From an uncultured Clostridia bacterium (GTDB lineage: Bacteria; Bacillota; Clostridia; Christensenellales; UBA1242), in NCBI GenBank assembly GCA_944383335.1, contig CALWPD010000004.1, positions 1-54,355 of the forward strand: DNA of 54,355 nucleotides, read 5' to 3'. Made by a program: the position numbers and the translations under genes. The number at the start of each line of letters is the position of its first letter. Within the stretch, counting starts at the first letter, position 1. Under the pieces are notes generated by a model. That model was not told where the DNA came from. It was given only the letters and a program-made list of their open reading frames with translations, and ran no database searches. This document shows positions 29,001 through 38,100 of this stretch, in pieces.

Positions 29001-29624
29001 CTTGGATATGTTAATGTTCATGCAATCGAAGATATAAAACTGTTGTCGGAGCGCTATGATGCACTAAAAGAACAGGCCGATGACCTTGAAAAAGCAGAAC
29101 AAAATCTTTTGCAAGTCATAGAAGAGCTCTCGACAGAGATGACGCAAAGATTTAAAACAGAATTTGACAAAATTAATGAGCACTTTAAAACTACGTTTAG
29201 AGAACTTTTTGGTGGTGGTAATGCAAGACTTGAGTTAACTGATCCTGATAATCTTTTGGAATCTGGAGTAGATATTGTTGCTGAGCCACCAGGCAAAAAA
29301 TTGCAAAATATAACGCTTCTTTCTGGTGGAGAAAAGGCGCTAACTGCCATTGCAATACTTTTTGCTATCTTAAAGTTAAGACCAATGCCATTTTGTTTAT
29401 TGGATGAAATTGAGGCGGCACTTGATGATTCAAATGTTGGTAGATTTGCCGAATATCTTAGAAGATTCAGCAAAATAACTCAGTTTATTGTAATAACGCA
29501 CAGAAAGCCCACAATGGAACTCGCTGATTGTTTGTATGGTGTTACAATGGAAGAAAAAGGTGTATCAAAAATGGTTAGTGTCCAACTTGCTGACGCACTA
29601 AAAAATATTGAGGAGAGTAAATAA
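26031..29624 (+). CDS. smc: Chromosome segregation protein SMC
   Basis: GFKSFAD, GPNGCGKSN, hinge GRATFLP/GSMTGG, LSGGEK, LLDEIEAALD. Confidence 0.98.
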   Translation: MNFKQIELAGFKSFADKTVIKFDSGITAIVGPNGCGKSNVSDAIRWVLGEQSSKLLRGSSMQDVIFNGTEKRKSMSYCEVTLIFNNTDRYFNYDNDEVAITRKLYRSGESAYLINRTPVRLKDIVNLLYDSGIGKDGYSIIGQGKVDEIISSKPENRRAIFEDAAGISKFKSRKIDAERKLERTRDNLSRAGDILTELERQMGPLKKQAENAKIWLELKDRLKDLEVNTYVYSYNNANATKKQINTKLSAIEEELIQRQQDLSACTKKYDANTEEVNNIDANINANHESILHLTVELEKQSGEANVIRERIANLNETKSKIGIDLLNSTNIIQKDSAELKFKKDKYDGVVENLQKLNLSYEEISNDYLRVMDELSMHEDQTQDSQQKMIDALDKLTDIKANFSKYKAERDMLKDNLVELSNRLEDVNKSVTDKTKTKDEVANEVVKLKAKQDEAITNLNSARAKQDQLKTDIQTLQEDRYRISSKVQVYENRKTLLEEMQKEYDGYSYAVKKLLKESEKNSEVKSKMVGVLASLITVPEKYETAVEIALGNAVQNIVTFDEQNAKDLIYFLKTNEFGRATFLPITKLRPRAIAQEDAKALTFKGCFGIASDLISYGNNIKNVISNLLGTTIIVDNLDTAIAISNKTKLSYKIVTLDGDVINPQGSMTGGSKKHEVANLISRDREIKTLNIELTKLKKELEQKTSDIFKSQKEYEELKFEINKLFDVKNTTEINYAKENEKLASFTSILNNEIEEQKNLESQYKSTSIRIETLTRELESIDELESTAQENRTSANKFIAERQAKYQELSKKRDELNENMTRVKVEIASLEAQKISFEQDFDRLNEEIRVNNALKVNFQNDIDKLDKTIYEAENIIKVQIETQANQESKNKLNKLREEMQNYESKKQSLQSEIQKLNDQKMQIMDNITKLNDKRTNAQHQLEKVDIEIEQMQERIYEEYSLTYTSCQQFVRADFDMDKAMPEIAEVKREISKLGYVNVHAIEDIKLLSERYDALKEQADDLEKAEQNLLQVIEELSTEMTQRFKTEFDKINEHFKTTFRELFGGGNARLELTDPDNLLESGVDIVAEPPGKKLQNITLLSGGEKALTAIAILFAILKLRPMPFCLLDEIEAALDDSNVGRFAEYLRRFSKITQFIVITHRKPTMELADCLYGVTMEEKGVSKMVSVQLADALKNIEESK

Positions 29625-30520
29625 TGGGAATATTTAAAAAAATTTCACAAGCACTAAAAAAAACAAAGGAAGCTTTAGCAAGGAAATTAGATGCTTTACT
29701 TTCTGGTGGTGAGATTAATGATGACTTTTATGAGGACTTAACGGACATTTTAATTTCTTCTGATATTGGCTTTGAGTGTAGTGAAGAAATTGTCGATAAA
29801 CTACGCTTGTATGCAAGAAAAAATAAAATTAGAACGTCAAATGAAGTAAAAAATGCTTTAAAAGCTATCTTGATTGAAATTATGGAACAAGCACCACAGG
29901 TTGAAATTAAATTCCCTGCAATAATTACAGTTGTTGGTGTCAACGGAGTCGGAAAGACCACAACTATTGGTAAACTTGCGAAATATTTTAAAAAGCAGAA
30001 TAAAGAAGTTACACTTGTCGCTGGTGATACATTTCGTGCAGCTGCAAGCGAACAACTAACAGAGTGGGCAAATAGAAACAAGGTGCGTATAGTTAAACAT
30101 GAAGAAGGCACCGATGCCGCTGCTGTTGTATTCGATGGTGTTTCAAGTGCTAAAGCGAAAAAAACTGATGTGCTTATAATTGATACAGCGGGAAGACTTC
30201 AAACAAAAATCAATTTAATGGAAGAACTTAAAAAAATAGACAAAGTTATAGACAAAGAATATCCAGAGGCAAATAAATATACATTTATCGTCTTGGACGC
30301 TACCACTGGACAAAACGCACTTAGTCAGATTAAAAATTTTAATGAATATGTAAAAATTGATGGTATTATATTGACAAAACTTGATGGAACGGCAAAAGGC
30401 GGAGTGGTATTTGCTATTGCAAAAGAACTTGAACTTCCTGTCGAGTTTGTTGGAACAGGTGAAACTATTGAAGATATTGATACCTTCAATGCAACTGAAT
30501 TTGTTGATAATATCATTTAG
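29624..30520 (+). CDS. ftsY: Signal recognition particle receptor FtsY
   Basis: GVNGVGKTTT, DTFRAAA, DTAGRLQ, TKLDGTAKGG. Confidence 0.98.
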   Translation: MGIFKKISQALKKTKEALARKLDALLSGGEINDDFYEDLTDILISSDIGFECSEEIVDKLRLYARKNKIRTSNEVKNALKAILIEIMEQAPQVEIKFPAIITVVGVNGVGKTTTIGKLAKYFKKQNKEVTLVAGDTFRAAASEQLTEWANRNKVRIVKHEEGTDAAAVVFDGVSSAKAKKTDVLIIDTAGRLQTKINLMEELKKIDKVIDKEYPEANKYTFIVLDATTGQNALSQIKNFNEYVKIDGIILTKLDGTAKGGVVFAIAKELELPVEFVGTGETIEDIDTFNATEFVDNII

Positions 30521-30536
30521 AATAGTTTTTAATACA

Positions 30537-30576
30537 AAATACACACATTTGATGCACGCTTGTGTGTATTTTTTTT
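30537..30576 (+). terminator. Terminator of the plsX-ftsY operon
   Basis: AAATACACACA...TGTGTGTATTT followed by a T-run. Confidence 0.75.
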
Positions 30577-30602
30577 ACGCAATTTTACATATTTTTACAA
30601 AT

Positions 30603-30629
30603 TTCGACACCGTTCGACACCGTTCGACA
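30603..30629 (-). promoter_or_regulatory. Three tandem perfect Spo0A boxes (TGTCGAA on the minus strand), 10-bp period
   Basis: TTCGACA-ccg-TTCGACA-ccg-TTCGACA. The 0A-box consensus is TGNCGAA. Confidence 0.7.
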
Positions 30630-30681
30630 CAGTTAAATATAAAAAATCACCAAACTTTTCAAAAAAATCTTGTTAAAATAC

Positions 30682-30714
30682 TTGACAAGACTAGGGGGGG
30701 GGGGGGGGTAAACT
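30682..30714 (+). promoter_or_regulatory. sigmaA promoter with a G15 homopolymer in the spacer (phase-variable candidate)
   Basis: TTGACA (30682-87), AGACTA, G15 (30694-30708), TAAACT (30709-14), then AGGAG SD and ATG 30732. Confidence 0.85.
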
Positions 30715-30731
30715 ATTTTTAGGAGTAAAAA

Positions 30732-32555
30732 ATGAAGAAAAAAGGTAAGTTGTTTTTAAGTTTATGTACACTACTTTTCAGTTTGGGAGTAATGTGCTTT
30801 GGAGTGTACAGTGCTGTACAAGTACAATTCAATGTAAACGGTAGTATAAACTATGTCGCACCAGATGCAGAATTTAACACTGCAATATACACGTCAGCAA
30901 TGCTAAGTTCAGAGGATTTAATAAAGAGTAGTGCTGATAATTACAAAACTTTAGGCATAGGGAATATACCATTACCCCTAGCCAAAGATGAAAATGGTGA
31001 GCCATATATTTACACCACACAGGCTTCATATCCAGAAAATGAGGGAGAGCAACCTGAGTACAGTTATGCAGAGTTTAATGATATAAACTTAGATTTTAAC
31101 GATTCAAATTGTAGGATATATTACATAGTAATAAACATTAAACCAACCGAAATTATGGATAATTATACAGTACAAGCAACAATAGAAAATAATACACCAA
31201 CAGGGAATAACTTAGGACATTATGAAACAAACACTGCACTAACTTTCACCGAGGCCAATGTAGGACAAAATGTAGTGATTGCATTTTGGGTAAAAGATTC
31301 ATCACAAGAGATACTAGCCGCCAACTTGGATATTACAATCACATTAACAAATGTTCAAGCGAGCGTAAATGTGGAGCAGATAACAGTTGGGAAGACTCCA
31401 GTATCCGGAACACTAACTTTAACCAAAGACACGGCAGTGAAACTTCCAACCACAAATATCAAAATTCAGCCAAATGCTAATCAAGAAAATAAAAGGACAG
31501 AGATAACACTTAATCTAAAGTCATCACTACCTAATTACGCTCGAATGTTTGTAAACTACAATAAAAGTACAAATACAGATATCAAAGTAAATGCATCATC
31601 ACTATACCTAAAAGATAGTGGAGTTTACAAGATATATGTAGATAACTACTCTAGTTCTGCAGTTGATTTGGATGATTTAAACATTTCAATCCTATTTGAT
31701 GTACAAACAGAGTTATTACACTATGACAATGATAACCAATATTATTATGTAGAAATGGGAACCCAAATGCGGGATGGTGAGACTAAAAATGAGTATTTGA
31801 AATGGAAATTAGTTGGAGTAGGAGACGGGGGTTATGATACCTTTGATAAATTTACAGATTTTGATTCTGCAACTGGTAGACTGGGGGCATTTGTTTTAGA
31901 GAGCTATATAGATGTGAATAGTCCCGACGGGTCGGGGAGAAAATTGAATGAGGTTGCATTCGCTAATTATTATAATAATATGTCTACGCATTTAGAAGAA
32001 GAGTGGGTAGGATATCAACAATCAGCCAATGATTATGGACAAAGTACAGTTGCAAGATATTTGAATGGAGTGGATGTATATAAAGGCTCAATAAGTGGTG
32101 ATAATATTTTCATACCAGAGCAAACTATTAATACATTGGTATCAACATATGCTAGAGAACCTTCAACTCCATCTAAGCCTGATCCTTCTTCACATTATTC
32201 CAATATGTATACTGATTTTAATATAGATATAGAACACGATTTGGTGTATCAATTAATAGAAGTAAGACAGACATATGAAATATGTAATGAAAACGGAGCT
32301 TATTATCCACCAGTATACGTGGGAATTGTTGATAACTATTTTTGGCTTTTAAGTTACAAAAATGTATCTACTTTTTTTGATAATGACAAGCAAAGAATGT
32401 GGCATTCAACAGATTATTGGTTAAGTTCTCCTGCTGGTGGTTCCGATTATAGTGAACAACTAGTTGATTCAAATGGACAACTTTATGAGGATGGATATGA
32501 TGCTTCATCAATTTTAACAGTTCGTCCTGCGTTTTGCATGCCATTACAAAAATAG
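30732..32555 (+). CDS. Secreted/surface protein with a C-terminal DUF6273-like domain
   Basis: Signal-like N-terminus (MKKKGKLFLSLC...FGVYSA) and a beta-rich stalk. C-terminal 'YVEMG...LKWK...Y..STV..YLN...FWLLS...YWLSSP...V..NG...VRPAF' pattern. Confidence 0.75.
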   Translation: MKKKGKLFLSLCTLLFSLGVMCFGVYSAVQVQFNVNGSINYVAPDAEFNTAIYTSAMLSSEDLIKSSADNYKTLGIGNIPLPLAKDENGEPYIYTTQASYPENEGEQPEYSYAEFNDINLDFNDSNCRIYYIVINIKPTEIMDNYTVQATIENNTPTGNNLGHYETNTALTFTEANVGQNVVIAFWVKDSSQEILAANLDITITLTNVQASVNVEQITVGKTPVSGTLTLTKDTAVKLPTTNIKIQPNANQENKRTEITLNLKSSLPNYARMFVNYNKSTNTDIKVNASSLYLKDSGVYKIYVDNYSSSAVDLDDLNISILFDVQTELLHYDNDNQYYYVEMGTQMRDGETKNEYLKWKLVGVGDGGYDTFDKFTDFDSATGRLGAFVLESYIDVNSPDGSGRKLNEVAFANYYNNMSTHLEEEWVGYQQSANDYGQSTVARYLNGVDVYKGSISGDNIFIPEQTINTLVSTYAREPSTPSKPDPSSHYSNMYTDFNIDIEHDLVYQLIEVRQTYEICNENGAYYPPVYVGIVDNYFWLLSYKNVSTFFDNDKQRMWHSTDYWLSSPAGGSDYSEQLVDSNGQLYEDGYDASSILTVRPAFCMPLQK

Positions 32556-32615
32556 TGGCAGTTCTTGCCACTATGTTGCAGACATAAATGCTTTTATGTT
32601 CTGCAATTTTATTTT
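32548..32615. terminator. Two adjacent terminator hairpins for the convergent genes
   Basis: ATAGTGGCA-GTTCT-TGCCACTAT has a T-run on the minus strand (nifJ). TTGCAGACATAAA...TTTATGTTCTGCAA-TTTT serves the plus strand. Confidence 0.7.
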
Positions 32616-32632
32616 GTAATAAAAAACTTATT

Positions 32633-35600
32633 TTATTCATTTTGATTTTGAATTTTTAACATATCTTTTAAAAATTGTCGTCTTTGCTTGGCATCATGCG
32701 CACTTTGTGCAAAAAGTTCATTGGCTCTTGTTTCATCAATCTTTTTTAATGATGCAAAACGGGTTTCGGTATTTAGAAAGTCCATATAACTTTTTGTGGG
32801 TTCACCGCTATCTATGCTAAGTGGTTTTTCAAGGTTAGGGTTATATCTATATAAGTTCCAATACCCACTTTCAACGCATAGTTTCATATGGTTGTTTGAC
32901 ATGGACATATCAAAACCATGATTTATGCAAGGAGCATAGCAAATTACGATGCTTGGACCATCAAATGCTTCTGCTTCAGAGAGTGCTTTTATTGTTTGAT
33001 TTGCATCTGCCCCAAGACTTACGCTAGCAACATAACAGTTTTTGTTTGTCATAAATATTGCGCCTAGATCTTTCTTTTTTGTAATCTTACCATTTGCACT
33101 AAATTTTTCAACGCTTCCTCTTGGACTGGATTTTGAAGCTTGCCCGCCCGTGTTACTGTAAACTTCACTATCAAGTACAAGAATATTTACATTTTCTCCA
33201 CTATTAAGCACATGGTCAAGCCCACCATAACCAATATCATAAGCCCATCCATCACCACCTATTATCCATATAGATTTTTTGACAAGATAATCGCTAAGCC
33301 CTAAAAGCATATTATAATCTTCGTCTTTAATTTTGGATAAATATTTTTTTGCAAAGTTTCTAACTATTGATTGTTCTTTATAATTTAATGTTTTTTCACT
33401 CAAAAATTTATTTAGATAATAATTTAATTCATCATCACATTTTGGTAAAATATTTTTAATAACTTTTTCAAGTGTGATTTGATTTTGTCTTTGACTAAGA
33501 GCCATTCCATACCCAAACTCTGCATTATCTTCAAATAAAGAATTTGCCCATGCTACTCCGTGTCCGTCTTTATCTTTTGAATATGGACAAACTGGATATG
33601 AACCGCCATATATACTACTGCAACCTGTTGCATTTGCTATTATCATATGATCGCCAAAAAGTTGCGTGAGTATTTTTATATATGGTGTTTCACCACATCC
33701 TGCACAAGCATAACTAAATTCAAAGTAAGGATCAAAAAATTGCAAACCTTTTGTGGATTTTTTTTTAAAAATAGATTGATATTTATCTATATTTTGTGAT
33801 TTTAAGTAATTTTCTTGTTCTTTTTCTTGTATTTTGTCGAAATCTACCATTTCAAGTGCTTTTTTTAGTGCAGGGCAAGTGTTTGCACAAACTCCACAAC
33901 CTGTGCAATCAAGTGGACTTAATTGAATTTTAAACTTATACCCCGGCATTGCCATTGCATCAATATAAGTTTGGTCTGCTTGCTCAGATTTTGTAAGTAT
34001 GCTTCTAAGTGCGGAATGTGGACAGGCAAGAGTGCAATTTCCACATTGTATACAATTTTCTTTTATCCATTTAGGTAAATTGATTGCGATTCCTCGCTTT
34101 AAATATTTTGATGTATTGGTTGGTATACTGCCATCAATACTAAATTTAGAAACTGGCAATGAATCTCCTTGCAATTTTTCTATTGGTTGAATAACATCAT
34201 TAAAAAACTCATTTTCAGTTTTTGCTTTAATGGTGTCTATATTTGAATATTTGAAATTTTTGTAATTCACTTCTTCAACATTTTTAATTGCCTCATCTAT
34301 GCATTTATAATTCTTTAAAACAACATCATCGCCCTTTTTTTGATATGAGCGTTTCGCATTGTCTTTTATCTCCTGTAATATTTCGTCAAAATTGCCGAGA
34401 TTGGCAATTTTAAAAAATGCAGTTTGCATAATTGTGTTTATTTTTCTACCGAGTCCATTTTTATTTGCTATCTTTTGCGCATCAATAATGTATAGTTTTG
34501 CGTTATGTTTTTTTAATTTGTCCAAAAATTCACGGGGGAGAACTTGAGATAATTCATTGCTTTTAAAACGTGTGTTTAATAGCACTGTCCCGCCATCTTT
34601 TAAGGATGAAATAAGGTCATATCTTGCAATAAAAGTAAAGTTATGAATAGCTATAAAATCGTGTTTTTTAGGTTTGTACGAACGAAGAATTGGCAACTCG
34701 GAAACTCTTATATGCGATGTTGTTAAACTACCAGATTTTTTTGAGTCATATTCAAAAAATGCCTGTACATACTTATTTGTTTTCTCACCAATAATTTTAA
34801 TGCTGTTTTTGTTTGCGCTGATTGTACCATCAGAACCAAGTCCATAGAACTTCATTTCAAAGCAGTTTTCATTTATATCAAAATCAGAAAGTTCAAGTGA
34901 TGTGTTTGAAACATTGTCATCTATTCCAACGGTAAAGTGGTTTTTGCTGTTGTTACTTTTTAAATTTTCAAAAACTGCTTTTACGCATGACAAATCGAAT
35001 TCTTTTCCGCCAAGACCATACCTTCCTCCGACCACTTGAATATTTTTGTTGTATTCGGAAAGCGAGGTGGCTATATCAAGCATTAAAGGTTCACCAATGC
35101 TTCCACTCTCTTTTGTTCTATCAAGCACTGCAATCTTTTTTGTGCTTTTTGGCAAAATTTCAGTAAACAAATCGGCGAAGAATGGACGGTAAAGTCTAAC
35201 ATTAACTAAGCCAATTTTTTCTCCACGGCTTACAAAATAATTGACATATTCTTTTATTGTAGAAACTGAACTTCCCATTGAAACAATTATATGTTCAGCG
35301 TCCTTTGCGCCAAAGTATTCAAAGGGAGCATAGTGTCGGTTACTGATTTTTTCAATCTCCGAAAAAGTTATTAAAGCTTTCTGCTTTACTTCATCATATA
35401 GTTTGTTAGCGCGTTCTCTGTTTTGAAAATAAACATCTGGGTTTTGTGCAGTGCCTCTCGCTATTGGATTACTCGGAGAGAGAGCACGCTTTTTAAATTC
35501 AAAATATTGTTTGTAGGGAAATATACTTTTTATATCTTTTTGGTTTATAAGTTCAATTTTTTGCATTTCGTGGCTTGTTCTAAATCCGTCAAAAAAATGC

Positions 35601-36106
35601 AAAAATGGCAAACTACATTTTATAGTCATAATATGTGAAAATAGTGCCATATCATAACACTCTTGAACACTATTAGAACATACCATACAAAAACCAGTGC
35701 TTCTTGTTGACATGACATCACTGTGATCGCCAAATATGCTTAGTGCATGTGTGGCGAGAGCACGTGCCGAAACATGCAAAACGGCGGGCAATAATTGTCC
35801 AGCAATTTTATACATATTTGGGATCATCAATAAAAGTCCTTGACTTGATGTAAAAGATGTAGCAAGACTTCCTGTTTGAACGAGTCCATGCAGTGCTCCA
35901 GCAGCACCGCCTTCGGACTGCATTTGTTTAACCAACACTTCACTTCCAAAGAGATTTTTTCTGCCTTGTGTTGACCATTGATCAATTAGTTCTGCCATTG
36001 TAGATGACGGCGTAATTGGATAAATCACGGCAACTTCAGTAAAGTTATACGCCATTTCGGCACATGCTGTATTGCCGTCTACGATTTCGGTTATTTTTTT
36101 AGACAT
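32633..36106 (-). CDS. nifJ: Pyruvate:ferredoxin (flavodoxin) oxidoreductase
   Basis: YPITPSS, MQSEGGAAG, GLGSDGT, two CxxCxxCxxxCP clusters, ACAGCGET, GGDGWAYDIG. AGGAG SD before MSKK (36106). Confidence 0.97.
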   Translation of the reverse strand: MSKKITEIVDGNTACAEMAYNFTEVAVIYPITPSSTMAELIDQWSTQGRKNLFGSEVLVKQMQSEGGAAGALHGLVQTGSLATSFTSSQGLLLMIPNMYKIAGQLLPAVLHVSARALATHALSIFGDHSDVMSTRSTGFCMVCSNSVQECYDMALFSHIMTIKCSLPFLHFFDGFRTSHEMQKIELINQKDIKSIFPYKQYFEFKKRALSPSNPIARGTAQNPDVYFQNRERANKLYDEVKQKALITFSEIEKISNRHYAPFEYFGAKDAEHIIVSMGSSVSTIKEYVNYFVSRGEKIGLVNVRLYRPFFADLFTEILPKSTKKIAVLDRTKESGSIGEPLMLDIATSLSEYNKNIQVVGGRYGLGGKEFDLSCVKAVFENLKSNNSKNHFTVGIDDNVSNTSLELSDFDINENCFEMKFYGLGSDGTISANKNSIKIIGEKTNKYVQAFFEYDSKKSGSLTTSHIRVSELPILRSYKPKKHDFIAIHNFTFIARYDLISSLKDGGTVLLNTRFKSNELSQVLPREFLDKLKKHNAKLYIIDAQKIANKNGLGRKINTIMQTAFFKIANLGNFDEILQEIKDNAKRSYQKKGDDVVLKNYKCIDEAIKNVEEVNYKNFKYSNIDTIKAKTENEFFNDVIQPIEKLQGDSLPVSKFSIDGSIPTNTSKYLKRGIAINLPKWIKENCIQCGNCTLACPHSALRSILTKSEQADQTYIDAMAMPGYKFKIQLSPLDCTGCGVCANTCPALKKALEMVDFDKIQEKEQENYLKSQNIDKYQSIFKKKSTKGLQFFDPYFEFSYACAGCGETPYIKILTQLFGDHMIIANATGCSSIYGGSYPVCPYSKDKDGHGVAWANSLFEDNAEFGYGMALSQRQNQITLEKVIKNILPKCDDELNYYLNKFLSEKTLNYKEQSIVRNFAKKYLSKIKDEDYNMLLGLSDYLVKKSIWIIGGDGWAYDIGYGGLDHVLNSGENVNILVLDSEVYSNTGGQASKSSPRGSVEKFSANGKITKKKDLGAIFMTNKNCYVASVSLGADANQTIKALSEAEAFDGPSIVICYAPCINHGFDMSMSNNHMKLCVESGYWNLYRYNPNLEKPLSIDSGEPTKSYMDFLNTETRFASLKKIDETRANELFAQSAHDAKQRRQFLKDMLKIQNQNE

Positions 36107-36163
36107 ATTTGCTCCTAATATAATATGTGAAAACAATTTTAAGTTTAACACAAAACACTAGTT

Positions 36164-36181
36164 GTGTAAAACAATTTACAA
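36164..36181. promoter_or_regulatory. Rex-like operator upstream of nifJ
   Basis: gTGTAAA-ACAA-TTTACAa palindrome resembling clostridial Rex TTGTTAA-N4-TTAACAA. Its right arm doubles as the truA -35. Confidence 0.45.
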
Positions 36182-36209
36182 ACTTGGGAGTTTAGTTTAT
36201 TATAAATAT

Positions 36210-36947
36210 ATGCGAAGAATTTGTATTTGTTTTTCTTACAAAGGGACTAGCTATTCAGGACTTGTTGTTCAGCCAGGAAAGGACACTATTGAAAAGAGAA
36301 TTGAAGATGCACTTTTGTTTGTTACAAAAGAAAAGATTAGAATATATCCAAGTGGACGAACTGATGCGGGTGTGCATGCATTAAGGCAATTTGCACATTT
36401 TGACACTGAGTCAAAAATAGAATGTGGTAAACTTGTATTAGCACTCAACACGTATTTACCCAATGATATAAGGATAATGTCTGCTAGGCAAGTTGAAGAC
36501 ACTTTTGATGCAAGAAAGAACGCAAAGTTAAAGATTTATATTTACATCGTTTCAATGTCGAAGATTACTAGTCCATTTTTGTATGATTATGTGTGTGAGA
36601 GAAAACATCATTACAACTTAAGTTTGTTAGATAAAATAAAATGTAAAATTGAAGGCACCCACAACTTTAAAGCATTTTGTGCTACTCGCTCGGGAAGAAA
36701 AAATTTTGAGCGAACGATAAAAAGCATAGAGATTACTCAAAAAGATGAATTATTATTCTTCAAAATTACAGGAAATGGATTTTTATACAATATGGTGCGA
36801 ATAGTCGTTGGCACAATTTTGGATGTGGCAGACAATATTATACCTATTGAAAATATCGATAAAATGTTTGAAACAGGACAACGGAAGTATGGTGGTCGTA
36901 CACTTTGCGCCAAAGGACTTATGCTGTATGATGTAAAATATTTATAA
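36210..36947 (+). CDS. truA: tRNA pseudouridine(38-40) synthase
   Basis: SGRTDAGVHA, G.HNF..F, GNGFLYNMVRI.VG. Start at ATG 36210. Confidence 0.95.
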   Translation: MRRICICFSYKGTSYSGLVVQPGKDTIEKRIEDALLFVTKEKIRIYPSGRTDAGVHALRQFAHFDTESKIECGKLVLALNTYLPNDIRIMSARQVEDTFDARKNAKLKIYIYIVSMSKITSPFLYDYVCERKHHYNLSLLDKIKCKIEGTHNFKAFCATRSGRKNFERTIKSIEITQKDELLFFKITGNGFLYNMVRIVVGTILDVADNIIPIENIDKMFETGQRKYGGRTLCAKGLMLYDVKYL

Positions 36948-37052
36948 GTTTTTATGCATAATAATGCATAAAAATTCATTATTAAAAACTTGGATGCAAG
37001 TTGTGAAATTTGTAAAAATATGCTTGTCATTATTGATTATATATTATAAACT

Positions 37053-37131
37053 AGTGCTGTCTTTTATTAAGGCATATTTTTTTGTAATGTTAGCCCCTTC
37101 AAAAAAGTTTGTCTTAACATTAAAAGTAGCA
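37053..37131 (+). promoter_or_regulatory. L13 ribosomal protein leader (autoregulatory 5' UTR)
   Basis: Lies 5' of rplM. GTGCT...AGCAC closing stem and an AATGTTA-GCCCC...TAACATT stem carrying the GCCCC motif. Confidence 0.6.
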
Positions 37132-37153
37132 CACAATTTTTTGGAGGAAATTA

Positions 37154-37597
37154 ATGAAAACATTTATGCAAAAGCCAGAAAATGTGGAAAGAAAGTGGTA
37201 CATTGTTGATGCAAGTAATATGCCGCTTGGGAGACTTGCAAGTCAAGTAGCAGATATTTTGACTGGAAAAAACAAACCAACATATACTCCACATGTTGAT
37301 TCTGGTGATCATGTTATAGTTATAAATTCAGATAAAATAGTTTTAACAGGGAAAAAACTTACTCAGAAAATGCTCAGAAGCCATTCAGGTTATGCTGGCG
37401 GACTTAAAGAAATGGATTACAAAACCGTTATGGCAACAAAATCTAATGTTGCAGTTGAGCGTGCAGTGAAAGGTATGCTTCCTAAGAACTCTCTTGGTAG
37501 AAAAATGTTTACAAGACTTAGAGTATATAAAGATGCAAACCATGGTCATGAGGCGCAAAAACCTGTTGAACTTACACTAAAAGGAGTTAGGAACTAA
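37154..37597 (+). CDS. rplM: 50S ribosomal protein L13
   Basis: [37 protein letters not shown]. Confidence 0.98.
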   Translation: MKTFMQKPENVERKWYIVDASNMPLGRLASQVADILTGKNKPTYTPHVDSGDHVIVINSDKIVLTGKKLTQKMLRSHSGYAGGLKEMDYKTVMATKSNVAVERAVKGMLPKNSLGRKMFTRLRVYKDANHGHEAQKPVELTLKGVRN

Positions 37598-38022
37598 TGG
37601 CAGAGAAGAAAAGCAAAACTGCTAGCAAGAAAATTGTTCAGTTTCTTGGCACAGGCAGAAGGAAAAAGGCGATTGCAAGAGTAAGACTACTTCCAAATGG
37701 AACGGGCAAAATAACAATAAATAAGCAAGATATTGATGAGTATTTCGGTCTTGATACTTTAAAACTTATTGTTCGTCAACCACTCGAAGCTGTTGATGCA
37801 GTTAATAAATATGATGTATTTGTCAATGTTATTGGTGGTGGACTTTCAGGTCAAGCGGGAGCAATAAGCCACGGTATTTCAAGAGCGCTGATTCTTGCTG
37901 ATGAATCTACTAAGTCTGTTCTTAAAAAAGGTGGCTTCCTTACTCGTGATAGTAGGATGAAAGAGAGAAAGAAATACGGACTCAAAAAAGCACGTAAGGC
38001 TTCACAGTTCAGTAAAAGATAA
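37597..38022 (+). CDS. rpsI: 30S ribosomal protein S9
   Basis: [43 protein letters not shown]. Confidence 0.98.
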   Translation: MAEKKSKTASKKIVQFLGTGRRKKAIARVRLLPNGTGKITINKQDIDEYFGLDTLKLIVRQPLEAVDAVNKYDVFVNVIGGGLSGQAGAISHGISRALILADESTKSVLKKGGFLTRDSRMKERKKYGLKKARKASQFSKR

Positions 38023-38100
38023 TGTAAAAATGGAAGAGAAATCTTCCTTTTTTGTTTTCGTTTTCATTATTTCTGTGTATAATATAAACATGAGGAGATT

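Noticed and set aside
26031-29624. SMC as part of a Wadjet/Lamassu-type defence system
   Set aside because: It is a canonical hinge-containing SMC in the standard rnc-smc-ftsY context.
30668-30690. Invertible promoter switch
   Set aside because: The inverted arms are only 5 nt apart, do not flank the promoter, and no recombinase is nearby.
30381-30722. 113-aa ORF reading through the G tract (frameshift-type phase variation)
   Set aside because: It overlaps ftsY out of frame and crosses its terminator. The G run is better explained as a promoter spacer.
32552-32574. Hairpin right after the DUF6273-like gene as a DGR target cruciform
   Set aside because: It is followed by a T-run on the minus strand and is adequately explained as the nifJ terminator, so it was not counted as DGR evidence.
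36964-37209. 81-aa ORF upstream of rplM
   Set aside because: It overlaps the rplM promoter, the L13 leader and the rplM start in another frame.
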